DNA of 64,000 bases, taken from NCBI RefSeq assembly GCF_009914755.1, contig NC_060931.1; one strand, 5' to 3'. Source of the DNA: the human T2T-CHM13v2.0 reference genome, Homo sapiens. Shown one piece after another: positions 11,608 to 25,063 of this stretch. Under the pieces are notes generated by a model. The model was not told the DNA's origin, searched no databases, and saw only the letters and a program-made list of their open reading frames with translations. The translations under genes were made by a program, and so were the position numbers. Positions within the stretch are counted from its first letter, which is position 1; every line of letters starts with the position of its first letter.

Positions 11608-14600
11608 TATTAATATACATGGTGAGGTCAGGGAGAAGCAAAATATGTAGCTTTAATGAGTCAATATGTACGAAAAAGAAACTCAAACAGACTCAACTTG
11701 ATGGCATTTCTGAGATAATGTTACTTAGAATGTATTTTACAATTTAAAATGTGTTTGGTAACACAGTGTTGCAATTTTAGTAGTCAAATTGCTTTAGAAA
11801 AAAAGTCAAAATCAATCATAAGGTGGTCTAACTGGTTAAAAAGTTACTGATCTAGAGAGTCTCAAATTCTTTGGAATGGGTAGTTTTAAATATAATAACA
11901 TTCAGTATCTTCATATTGCCTTTTTTTTTTCTAACTAGACATTGCATTGTCTGGCTAAAATTGTTACATGTGATAGCCTATGTGGTTATGTTGCCAAACT
12001 CTTTTGAAAATATTGTAGAAATAGAAAATTACACATGCACACAAACACACATACATCCATACATATGGGCATGTAAATGAAATTTGTTTTTATTCAATCA
12101 TTGTAAGAAAGTTTAAGTACATCAAAAGCTACAAACCTCAGTTAATTGTTGATGAAGAGTCTTGGAAGATTAGAAATCTGTGTAATAGGTGCTTTACAAA
12201 GACAAGACATGTTTAAGGTGCCACATCTTAATATCTAATGCAACTAATGTCATTTGTATATTTCCTAGTGTTTTTTTCTACTAAGTATGCTTTTATGCTT
12301 TTTTGTCATTATAAACAAGATACATGTTTTTATGCTATATTTTTCATATAATCATTCATGTAAACAAGCTGGAGTACTGGCAAATTCTTTAGGTCCTCAG
12401 ACTGTAGTTTTTAATTTATGATAGTCTTAGGAGTAAAATTTGAGAATTGAGGTCTGTTTGGATGTACAAAGATCTTGTTTGCCTTGAGCAATTTTATGGG
12501 GCTGTGGAAATTGAAAAGAAATGGATAACTGGAAAATAAAACACACAGCAACTACTTACATGTTTTGCAACAAAGGAAGGTGGCAGGGAAAGTTTTAAAT
12601 CCCCAAAAGACTCATTTAGCTTTAAATAAAACACCGATTTCTATTTCTTTCTCAAATTTAAATTAAAGCAGGTATTTAAAATTATCTGTATTATCTGTAT
12701 CTTGTTACAAAAATAATTCTGCATTTAGAAAACTACCCTTAGGTGGTTGTTATATTTCTCCATTTCAGATTGTATACTTTTATAAGGTGCAGTAATAACA
12801 TTTACAATTTTTTTAATTCCTAAGAATTCAAAATCCTTACTTAGAATAGAATTATAATACTTTATTTGACTGTGATATGTGCTACTTGTGATGGTCTGAG
12901 CGTTAGAAAAGCACACAGACACTCATACACAAACAAGAATAAAAATTTAGCACAGCAGGGCCAAGATGACCAACTAGAAGCAGCCAAGATCGGAGGCTCC
13001 CATTGAAAAGAACCATAATAGTGTATTCCTGTATCAGCATCCAAGGCATCCAGGTCCTCTTATCAGAACTGACTAGGCAGCTGGCGTGATCTAAGGACAG
13101 GAAGGAAGAGCTGTGTGGTACAGCGATCTACCTGAGAGCCACACCGGGCAGGGGAGCCCCCACTCCCAAGTCAAGGAAGGCGGTGAGTGAGTGTGCTACC
13201 CAGCCAGGGAAACCGTCCTGTTTCCATGGAACTGTGCAACCCACGATCAGAAAATCCCACTCATGAACCCATGCCGCTGAGGCCTAGGGTCCCAACACTG
13301 GAGCTGCACAGATTCTCAACAGCCTCTCCGCTAGAATCTGCTTAAGCCTGTCATGTTCCCAGGGGGAGGGGCAACCAGCAGCACAGCTGTGGCTGCCTGC
13401 CATCTAAGCCCTTTGAGCTCCTTGGGGGAGGGGCAGCAGCCAGCACTGGGACTGATAACTGCCCAATATGCTAAGTTCCCTGGGCAGGGGAAGGACGGCA
13501 GCCATCTCTATACCTCCAGGCCGTGCTTTCCCCTTGCTGGAGCCAGAGGAGGCAGGTCAGCTTGGTCTCAAGAGGTGTCCCCCGCAGCCCAGCACGCTAG
13601 CTGTGGCACACCGTGGCCAGAGCACCTCTTCATGCCTGACCCTAACTCATCCTTTCCCATTGGGTAGGGCCTCCCTGCAGGAACTCCAACAACTCCAGCA
13701 AGGGCCTCAGGGACAGAACCCTGATCTCCCTGTGCCTGAGCCCCCAGTGGGAGGGGTGGCCACAGTCTCTGTGGACCAGCAGATTTAGCCTTTCCTCCTG
13801 GTAGTTCTGAGAAATCCGGGAAACACAGACGAGCGGGTTTCCCCCCGGCAAAGCACACCCCCTGCACCAAGGGACAGTCAAAGTGCTTCGTTAAGTGGGT
13901 CCTGTTCCCTATGCCAGCCAACTGGGTGAGACCCTCCAACAGGGGTTGTCAGACACCCTATACAGGAGCGATTCTACTGGCATCAGTTTGGTGTCCCTTG
14001 AGGTCAGAGATCCCAGAAGAAGGAGAAGGCACCCATCTTTGCTGTTCTCTAGTCTCCTTGAGTGACATCTCCAGGCACGGGAAATACAGAGAACACCACT
14101 AAGATGCTCCATGAGAAGACTGACCCAAGACACATACTCATCAGATTCTCCAAGGTTGAAATAAGGAAAAAATGTTAAGGACAGCCAGAGAGAAAGGCTA
14201 GGTCACCTGCAAAGGAAAGCCCATCAGACTAACAGCAGACATCTCAGCAGAAACCCTACAAGCCAGAAGAGATTAGGGGACAATATTCAACATTCTTAAA
14301 GAAAAGAATTTTCAACTGAGAATTTCATATTCAGCCAAATTAAGCTTCGTGAGAGAAGAGAAATAAAATCCTTTTCAGACAAGCAAATTCTGAGGGATTT
14401 TGTCACCACCAGGCCTGCCTTGCAAGAGTTCCTAAAGGAAGCACTAAGTATGGAAAGGAAAAACCTATACCAGCCACTGCAAAAACACCAAAATATAAAG
14501 ACCAATGACACTATGAAGAAACTGCATCAAATAGTGTGCAAAATGACCAGATAGCATCATGATGACAGGATGAAATTCACACATAACGATATTAACTTTA

Positions 14601-16081
14601 AATGTAAATGGGCTAAATGTCCCAATTAAAAGACACAGACTGATACATTGGATAAAGAGTGAAGACCCATTGGTGTGCTGTATTCAGGAGACCCATCTCA
14701 CATGCAAAGACACACATAGGCTCAAAATAAAGGGATGGCAGAAAATTTACCAAGGAAATGGAAAGCAAAAAAAAAAGCAATCCTAGTTTCTGGCAAAACA
14801 GATTTTAAACCAACAAAGATAAAAAAAGACAAGGGCATTACATAATGGTAAAGGGATCCATGCAACAAGAAGAGCTAACTATCCTAAATATGTATGCACC
14901 CAATACAGGAGCACCCAGATTCATAAAACAAGTTCTTAAAGACCTACAAAGAGACTTAGACTCCCACACAATAATACAGGCAGACTTTAACATCCCACTG
15001 TCAATATTGGACAGATCAACATGACAGAAAATTGACAGATATTCAGGACTTGTACTCAGCTCTGGATCAAGTGGACCTAATAGACAGACCCAAATCAACA
15101 GAATATACATTCTTCTCAGTGCCACATGGCACTTATTCTAAAATCAACCACATAATGGGAAGTAAAACACTCCTCAGCAAATGCAGAAGAATGGAATTAA
15201 TAACAAACAGTCTGTCAGACCACAGTGTAATCAAATTAGAACTCAGGAATAAGAAACTCACTCAAAACCACATGATTACACGGAAATTGAACAACCTGCT
15301 CTTTAATGACTCCTGGGTAAATAATGAAATTAAGACATAAATAATAAGTTCTTTGAAACCAATGAGAACAAAGAGACAACTTACCAGAATCTCTGGGACA
15401 GAGCTAAAGCAGTGATAAGGGGGAAATTTATAGCAATAAATGCCCACATCAGAAAGCTAGGAAGATCTAAAATTGACACCTTAACATCACAATTAAAAGA
15501 GCTAGAGAGGCAAGAGCAAACTAATCCAAAAGCTAGCAGGAGTCAAGAAATAACTAAGATCAGAGTAGAATTGAAGGAGATAGAGACACTAAAAACCCTT
15601 CAAAAAAATCAATGAATCCAGGAGCTTGTATTTTTTAAAAATTAATAAACTAGATAGAATGCTAGTTAGACTAATAAAGAAGACAAAAAAGAAGAATCAA
15701 ATAGACACAATAAAAAATAGTAAAAAGGATGTCACCACTGACCCCACAGAAATACAAACTACCATCAGAAAGTACTGTAAACACCTCTACGCAAATAGTC
15801 TAGAAAATGTAGAAGAAACGGATAAATTCCTTGACACTTACACCCTCCCAAGACTAAACCAGGAAGAAGTAGAATCCCTGAATAGACCAATAACAGGTTC
15901 TGAAATTGAGGCAGTAATTTATAGCCTATCAACCAAAAAACACCCAGGACCAGAGAGATTCACTGCCGAATTCTACCAGAGGTGCAAAAGGGAGCTGGGA
16001 CCATTTCTTCTGAAGCTATTCCAAACAGTTGAAAGGAGGGACTCCTCTTTAACTCATTTTATGAATCCAGCATCATCCTGA

Positions 16082-16246
<165 letters not shown>

Positions 16247-16667
16247 TAGTTCAACATACACAAATGAATAAACATAATCCATCACATAAACAGAGCCAAT
16301 GACAAAAACTTCATGATTATCTCAATAGGTGCAGAAAAGACCTTTGATAAAATTCAACATCCCTTCATGTTAAAAATTCTCAATAAACTAGGTATTGATG
16401 GAACATATCTCAAAATAATGAGATATTTATGACAAACCCACAGCCAATATCATATTGAATGCGCAAAAGCTGGAAGCATTCCCTTTGAAAACTGGTACAA
16501 GACAAGGATACCCTCTCTCACCACTCCTATTCAACATAGTACTGGAAGTCTGGCAACCACAATCAGGCAAGAATAAAGTAATAAAGCATATTCAAATAGG
16601 AAGAGAGGAAGTTAAATTGTCTCTGTTTGCAGATGACATGATTGTGTATTTAGAAAACCCCATCATC

Positions 16668-16862
16668 AGGGAACATCACACACTGGGGCATGTCGTGGGG
16701 TTGGGGGATGGGAGAGGGATAGCATTAGGAGATATACCTAATGTAAATGACAAATTAATGGGTGCAGCACACCAACATGGCACATGTATACATATGTAAC
16801 AACGTACATCTGCATGTTGTGCACATGTACCCTAGAACTTAAAGTATAATTTTTTAAAAAAG
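16668..16862 (+). mobile_element. 5'-truncated L1PA4/5-like 3'UTR nested in host L1 ORF2
   Basis: 'gggatagcattaggagatatacctaatgtaaatgac...cacaccaacatggcacatg...ccctagaacttaaagtataat'; left TSD copy at 16652-16667. Confidence 0.9.
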
Positions 16863-16865
16863 AAT

Positions 16866-17360
16866 ATTGCCATTATAATTGGAGTGAGATGATATATCAT
16901 CATGGTTTGATTGGCATTTCCCTGATGATTAGTGATGTTGAGCATTTTTGCATATACTTTGACCAGTTAAATATCTTATTTTGAGAGGTGTCTGTTCAGA
17001 TCATTTTCCCATTTTTTAATCTGATTATTTGTTTTTTTGCTATTGGGTTGCTTGGGTTCCCTGAATGTTCTGAATGTTAGCCCTTGTCAAATACATGGTT
17101 TGTGAATGTTTTCTCCCATTCTGTGGGTTGTTTCTTTACTCTGTTGATTGTTTCCTTTGCTGTAATAAGCTTTTAAATTTGGATGTAACATCATTTGTCT
17201 ATTTTGCTCTTGTTGCTTGTGTTTTTGAGGCCTCATCCAAAGAATTCTTGCCCAGACCAATGTCATGAAGCGTTCCCCTATGTTTTATTCTAGTAGTTTC
17301 ATAGTTATTTCAGGTCTTCCATGTAAGTCTTTAATCCATATTGAGTTGATTTTTATAAGA
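16866..17360 (-). mobile_element. L1MA ORF2 3' fragment (antisense), inside the nested insertion
   Basis: 'gcatttccctgatgattagtgatgttgagcattttt...ttgcccagaccaatgtcatgaagcgttcccctatg'. Confidence 0.85.
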
Positions 17361-17364
17361 GGTA

Positions 17365-17717
17365 AACTAAAATAGTGGTTTTCAGAGACTAGGGAGAAAA
17401 GCGGGGGTATGGGAGAGATTGGCCAATATACAAATTACAGTTAAATAGGAAGAACAAGTTCTGATGTTCTATTACACAATAGGGAATATAGTTAACAATA
17501 ATATATATTTCAAAATAGCTAGAAGAGAGGATTATGAATATTCTTATCACAAAGAAATGACAAGAATTTGAGGATATGGATAAGCTAATTCCCCTGATTT
17601 GATCATTATATAATTTTTATATATATCAAAACATCTCACTGTACCTCATGAATATGCACAATTATGTGTCCACTAAAGGTAAAATAAAACTTAAACAAAC
17701 AAATAAAAAAACAAAAA
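17365..17717 (+). mobile_element. L1MA 3'UTR with poly(A) signal and A-rich tail, inside the nested insertion
   Basis: 'tttcaaaatagctagaagagagg...cacaaagaaatga...cctgatttgatcatta'; AATAAA at 17683; right TSD copy at 17718-17733. Confidence 0.85.
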
Positions 17718-20558
17718 AGAAAACCCCATTATCTCAGCCCAAAAACTTCTTAAGCTGATAAGCAACTTCAGCGAAGTCTCAGGATACAAAATCAATGTGT
17801 AAAAATCACAAGCATTCTTTTACACCAGCAATATACAAACAGGGAGCCAAATCATGAATGAACTCCCATTCACAATTGCTACAAAGAGAATAAAATACCT
17901 AGGAATACAGCTAACAAGGGGCATGAAGGACCTCTTCAAGGAAAACTACAAACCACTGCTCAAGGAAATAAAAGAGGACACAAACAAAGGGAAAAACATT
18001 CTATCCTCATGGACAGGAAGAATCAATCATGAAAATGGCCATACTGCCCAAAGTAGTTTATAGATTAAATACTATTTGCATCAAACTACCATTGACATTC
18101 TTCACAGAATTAGAAAAAACTACTCTAAATTTCATACAGAATCAAAGAAGACCCCAAATAGCCAAGACAATTCTGAGCAAAAAGAACAAAGCTGGGGACA
18201 TCATGCTACCTGACTTCACGGTATAGTACAGGGCTATAGTAACCAAAACAGCATGGTACTGGTACGAAAACAGACATGCAGACCAATGAAACAGAACAGT
18301 GACCTCAGAAATAACACCACACATCTACAACCATCTGATCTTTGACAAACCTGACAACAAACAATGGGGAAAGATCTCCTATTAAAAAAATGGGGCTGGG
18401 AAAACTGGCTAGCCATGTGCAGAAAAGTGAAACTGGACCCCTTCCTTTTACCTTATACAAAAATTAACTCAAGGTGGATGAAATATCAAACCCCAAACCA
18501 TAAAAACCCTAGAGGAAAACCTAGGCAATAACATTCAGGACATAAGCATGGGCAAAAACTTCATGATAAAAATGTGAAAAGCAATTGCAACAAAGCTAAA
18601 ATCAACAAACGGGATCTAATTAAACTAAGGAGCTTCTGCACAGCAAAAGAAACTGTCATCAGAGTGAACAGAAAACCTACAGAATGGGAAAAAATTTTTG
18701 CAATCTACCCACCTGACAAAGGTTTACTATCCAGAATCTACAAGGAACTTAAACAAATTTACAAGAAAAAAAACAAACCTATCAAAAAATGGGCAAAGGA
18801 CATGAACAGACACCTCTCAAAAGAAGACATTTATGCAGCCAACAAACATATGAAAAAAGCTCAACATCACTGTTCATTAGAGAAATGCAAATCAAAACCA
18901 CAATGAAATGCCATCTCATGCCAGTCAGAATCGCAATTATTAAAAGGTCAAGAAACAATAGATGCTGGTGTGGCTGTGGAGAAATAGGAAGACTTTGGCA
19001 CTGTTGGTGGGAATGTAAATTAGTTCAACCATTGTGGAAGACAGTGTGGTGATTCCTCAAAGATCCAGAACCAGAAATACCAACTGATCCAGGAATCTCA
19101 TTACTGGGTATGTACCCAAAGGATTATAAGTCATTCTACTGTAAAGACACATGCACAGGTATGTTTATTGCCACACTATTTGCAATAGCAAAGACATGGA
19201 ACCAACCCAAATACCCATCAACGATAGGCTGGATAAAAAAATGTGGTATGTAATACACCATGGAATACCTTGCAGTCATAAACAGGAATGAGATCATGTC
19301 CTTTGCAGGGACATGGATGAAGCTGGAAGCCATCATCCTCAGCAAACTACCACAGGAACAGAAAACCAAACACCGCATGTTCTCACTAGTAAGTGGGAGT
19401 TGAATAATGAGAACACATGGACACGGGAGGGGAGCAACACATGCCAGGGCCTATTGGGAGGTGGAAGGAGAGAGGAGGGAACTTAGAGGATGGATCAGTA
19501 GGTGCAGCAAACCACCAGGACACACATATACCTATGTAACAAACCAGCACGTTCTGCACATGTATCCTGGTACTTAAAGTAATTAAAAAAAGATTAGTAA
19601 TGCTAGTATTGTTAATGAAGGGGTAATCTTTAGGACTAAATTTGATTGTTCTTTCCATTTGATCAGAATTAACTCTTGTTTTCCCTAGTATTTCTATAAG
19701 AAAATTAAGGTTATGTCTCCTTTGAGTTGTTTAAATTGTTAAATTAACATATAAAAAATCATGATTAGTTTTTCAATATTCTCAGGGATCCCTCTTGTCT
19801 TTTCCTGGTTAGTTGTTTATTTCATGAAGTTACTGTTATGTTCAGCTGATTAAAACTGTATAAAAATATCAGTGTAGCAATTTGGGTTCTCAGCAGGAAT
19901 GGTAAAAAAGTTGTGCTATGCATTTGCCATCATTCACCCCTTCTGAGCTTCTGGCAGACAATGATAATTAGTTATGGAGCATTTTCCAACTGGGCTTGAT
20001 ATTGAGATGTTTCAGTTGGCACTTCAGTCAAAATATATTTGCTGGCTTGATGCGAACCACGAATTGGATTTCCAACCCTGGTTGGCTGCCTTGCTTGGGA
20101 GAGAAAGTATAGTCACGGTTAATACAAATGTATTGCCTCTACTAGAAAATAGATTCTGAGAGCTTGCTCTGCTGATATATAATCAGAACTGCAGCTGTGT
20201 ATATAAAGGACAGGATGCTACTAATGACTCAAACTGAGAAGGCTTTATTGGAGCCAATATATATGCATGAATCCAATTTACAGAGGACTCAGCCAACCTT
20301 ACCCCAGCTCTGGCAAAATATTATCAGGACAGCAGGGAGCGGGGACTCCCCCTTTTATCAAATGATTAACTTGAGATTTGAGGCAAGTTATTGAAGTAGA
20401 ACAATAGAGAGAATCTGTATGGTGACTGAAGCCAGTGTGTGAAAATATTTTTTTTTCTCTCAGAAAAATTCAACTCTATACTTATGCCCGATGCCCTTGT
20501 TAATTAGTAGTATCTTATGCTAATGTCACTATGCTGTTTTGCTAACCACACCCAATAG

Positions 20559-20972
<414 letters not shown>

Positions 20973-21729
20973 TGACCAGATACTAGTACCCTCTGTATAC
21001 TTAATCAATATTAAATAAAACATAAGGCTTGGAAAAGAAATGATATTAGCATATTTATGTCCACTGACTGTTGCCTTTGTGCTTTCCTTTTCATAAGCTT
21101 TAGGACACTCTCTTAGAGCAACTAACCAGGACAATTGCATTATCTATAATCATTAGTTTCTCCCTGATTCACTGCTTATAATTGACATCACTACATTTAC
21201 TTAAATTAATTTTGAAAAAAGATGTAGTGATTGAATATAGCCAGTTAAGTGAACCAGCCAGAATGAACAGTGATTAGTAATGAAAAAAGATAATTATATG
21301 CATTGTGATAATTACTGCAATGCTTTCCTATCAAATGACCCTTTTAATTTCTTCCATAAAATAAACTTTTTCTGTTGTTTTTCACTTTTCAATGCCATTA
21401 CCAATGTCATGGATGGGGCTTAAGGCTATGCTGAAGAGCTATTGTGATATCAGAACATAGCATTCTTCTCAGGTCACCTATGAAAAAGGAACCTGTCTTA
21501 ATTATTCAAATCAATTTTCTGCTTCTGATCTTGAGTCCATCTGACAGTTGGGCTACTATGTTAGGCGCTATAACATTCACATCATTTTCACCTCTTTTGT
21601 TTACTTCTCACAATGTTTCTGTAAGGTTCAGTAACTGGGATTATGTGGTTTTTGTTGGCATTTTCCTTTGGTTGTTCTGGCTATGTGCCTCAAAATCAAA
21701 ATAACCTATTAGTCAAATGAAAAAAATAG

Positions 21730-21915
21730 TTGAAAGTTGAAGACTGGTCCTGAAGTACAAAGACATGAGTTTACCTCTGGATTCTTCCAATTACTGAATG
21801 TGTGACTTTTGTTTAGGATCTTGGGGCCTCAGTTTCTTTAAGTTTAGTAATACTCATTTAAGAAGGCAGTTATGAGAATCTGTTGAAATCACATAGGCGA
21901 AAATGCTGTGTAAAC
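21730..21915 (+). mobile_element. MIR SINE
   Basis: 'tgtgtgactttt...gggcctcagtttc...gttatgagaat...aaatgctgtgtaaac'. Confidence 0.6.
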
Positions 21916-23298
21916 AAAAAGAATTATCTTTAGCAGCTTGGTTGACTCCTGTATTTCACATGCAAATGCACTTTTTGAGGTAAATCGAGAGAATTCCCAA
22001 TAATTGATTTGTAATTTGCTCAGGGTTGCAAACAGTTTCTGTAATGGTGATATACCAATTTAAGATTTTAGATTTTTTCCCTTTCTCTAGAAGTTCATTT
22101 CCATGTTAGTTTCATATTTAGTCCAAATGTCCTGATTATCTCTGCATTTCCTTCTAATAGGGACTAAGGACAAAAAAGGAGCCATTCTATAAGGGTAAAT
22201 ACAGAAGAATATTTATGGCTAAGCTTTTCCTAACTTATACTCTCAAATTCTGTTGTTTGACCAAAGTAATATATTTCAACTGGGATGCTCTTTGCTTAAC
22301 TGGTAACTTAGAGGCATAGAATTGTAGAATGTCAATCAAGAAAAGAACCTTAAAGATCAACTCTATCAACTCTTTCTGTGGTTACTGGGGAGACAATGTA
22401 TTCTCCTCTTGCAGAAACATTAAGGGCATTGCCCTGTGTGGCAACAGTATATCTGCTACCAAAGAAATAGTTATAAAAGCACTGAGTTACATTTAGTTTT
22501 AAAAAATCAGAAAAATATAGTAGCCTTTCAAAGTATTGCTAATTTTCTACCTACTCTCTGTAACCCGTTCTGGTTATTGCCAGCTTGACTATGCAATTTC
22601 AGAGTTATTATTCACTTTGGGAAACACACTTGCTTTTCTTAACAGAGTACTTTTTAATTCCCTTACCAATGGCAAGGAATTATCCCATCTTTGTTCATTT
22701 GTATCATCATTCTAACGTTTTCCAAAGCTGCCCCGAAAAAATATCCCCACACATTCAAGATGTTAGAATCTCTTTTCTTTTTCATTGACTTGGAGCATTT
22801 GAGGGATGAATGCTGTCTGCTCTTGTGGTCATGACTCTCTTCATGCTGTCCATGCTCACAGCGCTTTAACATACATATGTAAAGCAATATTATCACAGCT
22901 CTTACAAGTCTAGGCAACATTTTACTGTCACTGCAATAAATGCAAACTTTTTCGAAGGGCTACCAATCTTGGTTCCTTTTGTAAAGACATATTTATGCAT
23001 TTACTGTGCTCATGAGAGGCTATTACACTCATTCTAAAGAAATAAGTGGTCATATACAAATGCTTTATTTTTTTCCCCAATGAATCATAAATTTTTCCCT
23101 CCTTTCAAATGAAAACCTTTTCTTACTACTAGACCTGGGGAAAGGAATAGGCCATCAGAAATTCTTAGTTTACTATTATTTCTTCTTTAAAATGAAGAGA
23201 AATGGTACCGATTGGATTTGTATTTCTATGACTGATACAGATGATCAGATGATTTATTAAATTAGGCTAGGTAAAACTAATTTATCCACTATGATGTC

Positions 23299-24258
23299 TG
23301 AAGGGGTGGGTTGCCCCTCCACACCTGCGGGTGTTTCTTGTAAGGTGGAACGAGAGACTTGGAAAAGAAAAAGACATAGAGACAAAGTATAGAGAAAGAA
23401 ATAAGGGGACCCGGGGAACCAGCGTTCAGCATATGGAGGATCCTGCCAGCCTCTGAGTTCCCTTAGTATTTATTGATCATTCGTGGGTGTTTCTCCAAGA
23501 GGGGGATGTGTCAGGGTCACAAGACAATTGTGGGGAGAGGGTCAGCAGACAAACACGTGAACAAAGGTCTTGCATCATAGACAAGGTAAAGGATTAAGTG
23601 CTGTGCTTTTAGATATGCATACACATAAACATCTCAATGCTTTACAAAGCAGTATTGCTGCCCGCGTGTCCCACCTCCAGCCCTAAGGCGGTTTTTCCCT
23701 ATCTCAGTAGATGGAACATACAATCGGGTTTTATACCGAGACATTCCATTGCCCAGGGACGGGCAGGAGACAGATGCCTTCCTCTTGTCTCAACTGCAAG
23801 AGGCATGCCTTCCTCTTATACTAATCCTCCTCAGCACAGACCCTTTATGGGTGTCAGGCTGGGGGACGGTCAGGTCTTTCCCTTCCCACGAGGCCATATT
23901 TCAGACTATCACATGGGGAGAAACCTTGGACAATACCTGGCTTTCCTAGGCAGAGGTCCCTGCGGCCTTCCGCAGTTTTTGTGTCCCTGGGTACTTGAGA
24001 TTAGGGAGTGGTGATGACTCTTAAGGAGCGTACTGCCTTCAAGCATCTGTTTAACAAAGCACATCTTGCACCGCCCTTAATCCATTTAACCCTGAGTTTG
24101 ACACAGCACATGTTTCAGAGAGCACGGGGTTGGGGGTAAGGTCACAGAATCTCAAGGCAGAAGAATTTTTCTTAGTACAGAACAAAATGGAGTCTCCCAT
24201 GTCTACTTCTTTCTACACAGACACAGTAACAATCTGATCTCTCTTGCTTTTCCCCACA
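23299..24258 (-). mobile_element. HERV-K(HML-2) solo LTR, LTR5_Hs-type, 960 bp
   Basis: Minus strand reads TGTGGGGAAAAGCAAGAGAGATCAGATTG...GGGGCAACCCACCCCTTCA; perfect 6-bp TSD GATGTC (23293-23298 / 24259-24264). Confidence 0.97.
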
Positions 24259-24359
24259 GATGTCAATAGTTATTCTGTCATAAATATTAATCTATAATAT
24301 TTTCCTAGAAATGTGACAGCAGAATTCATCCTTTTATTTAAAAAAATATTGAGTATGGT

Positions 24360-24798
24360 TCTGTTAGTTTTCTATGTCTGCTTTTAACAAATTACTACAT
24401 ACCTAATGGCTTAAATGAACAAAGTTGTCCTTTTATAGGTCTGGAGGTCAGAAATCTAAAATAGATTGGTGGGGCTTTGTTCCATCTGGGTCTTTAAAGG
24501 AAAATCTGTGTCCTTGCCTTTCCTTGTAAATGCCACCCTCATTCCTTGGCTCATGTACTTGTATTACCTCAACCTCTGCTTCCTATTGTCTCATCTCCTT
24601 CTCTGATTCTGATCCTCTGCCTTCCTCTTATGAAAGTCCTTGTGATTATATTGGACTAGTCCAGGATAATCCCTCCATATCAAGGTTCTTAACTTAATTA
24701 CATCTGCAAAGTCACTTTTGCCATGTAAGGTAAGTTATTCACCTATTCTTGGAATTATGATGCGGTCATCTTTGGAAGCCATTATTCTGTCTACAACA
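24360..24798 (-). mobile_element. MaLR LTR (MLT1C/D-like)
   Basis: 'ggtctggaggtcagaaatctaaaat...acatctgcaaagtcacttttgccatgtaagg...ccattattctgtctacaaca'. Confidence 0.8.
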
Positions 24799-24836
24799 AT
24801 GGTAATAAAAATATATGTTTATAAAAGATAACTAAC

Positions 24837-25063
24837 TTTTTATTTTTTAGTATTTTTATATTTTTTAACTTTTAGGTTCTTGGGTACATGTGCAGGTTTG
24901 TTATATAGGTAAACATGTCATGAGGGTTTGTTGTACAGATTATTTCATCACTCAGGTATTAAGCTTCATACCCATTAATTATTTTTTCCTGATCCTCTCC
25001 CTCCTCCCACCCTCCACCATTCAGTAGTCCCCAGTGTGTGTTATTTACCACTATGTGTCCATG
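24837..25063 (-). mobile_element. Short 5'-truncated L1PA13-15-like 3' end
   Basis: T-rich tail, then 'ggtacatgtgcaggtttgttatataggtaaac...gatcctctccctcctcccaccctccacc'; flanks share 'gataac..taa'. Confidence 0.85.

Noticed and set aside
12940-12955. TSD for the large L1 (AAAAATTTAGCA vs AAAAGATTAGTA at ~19588)
   Set aside because: Too degenerate to assert.
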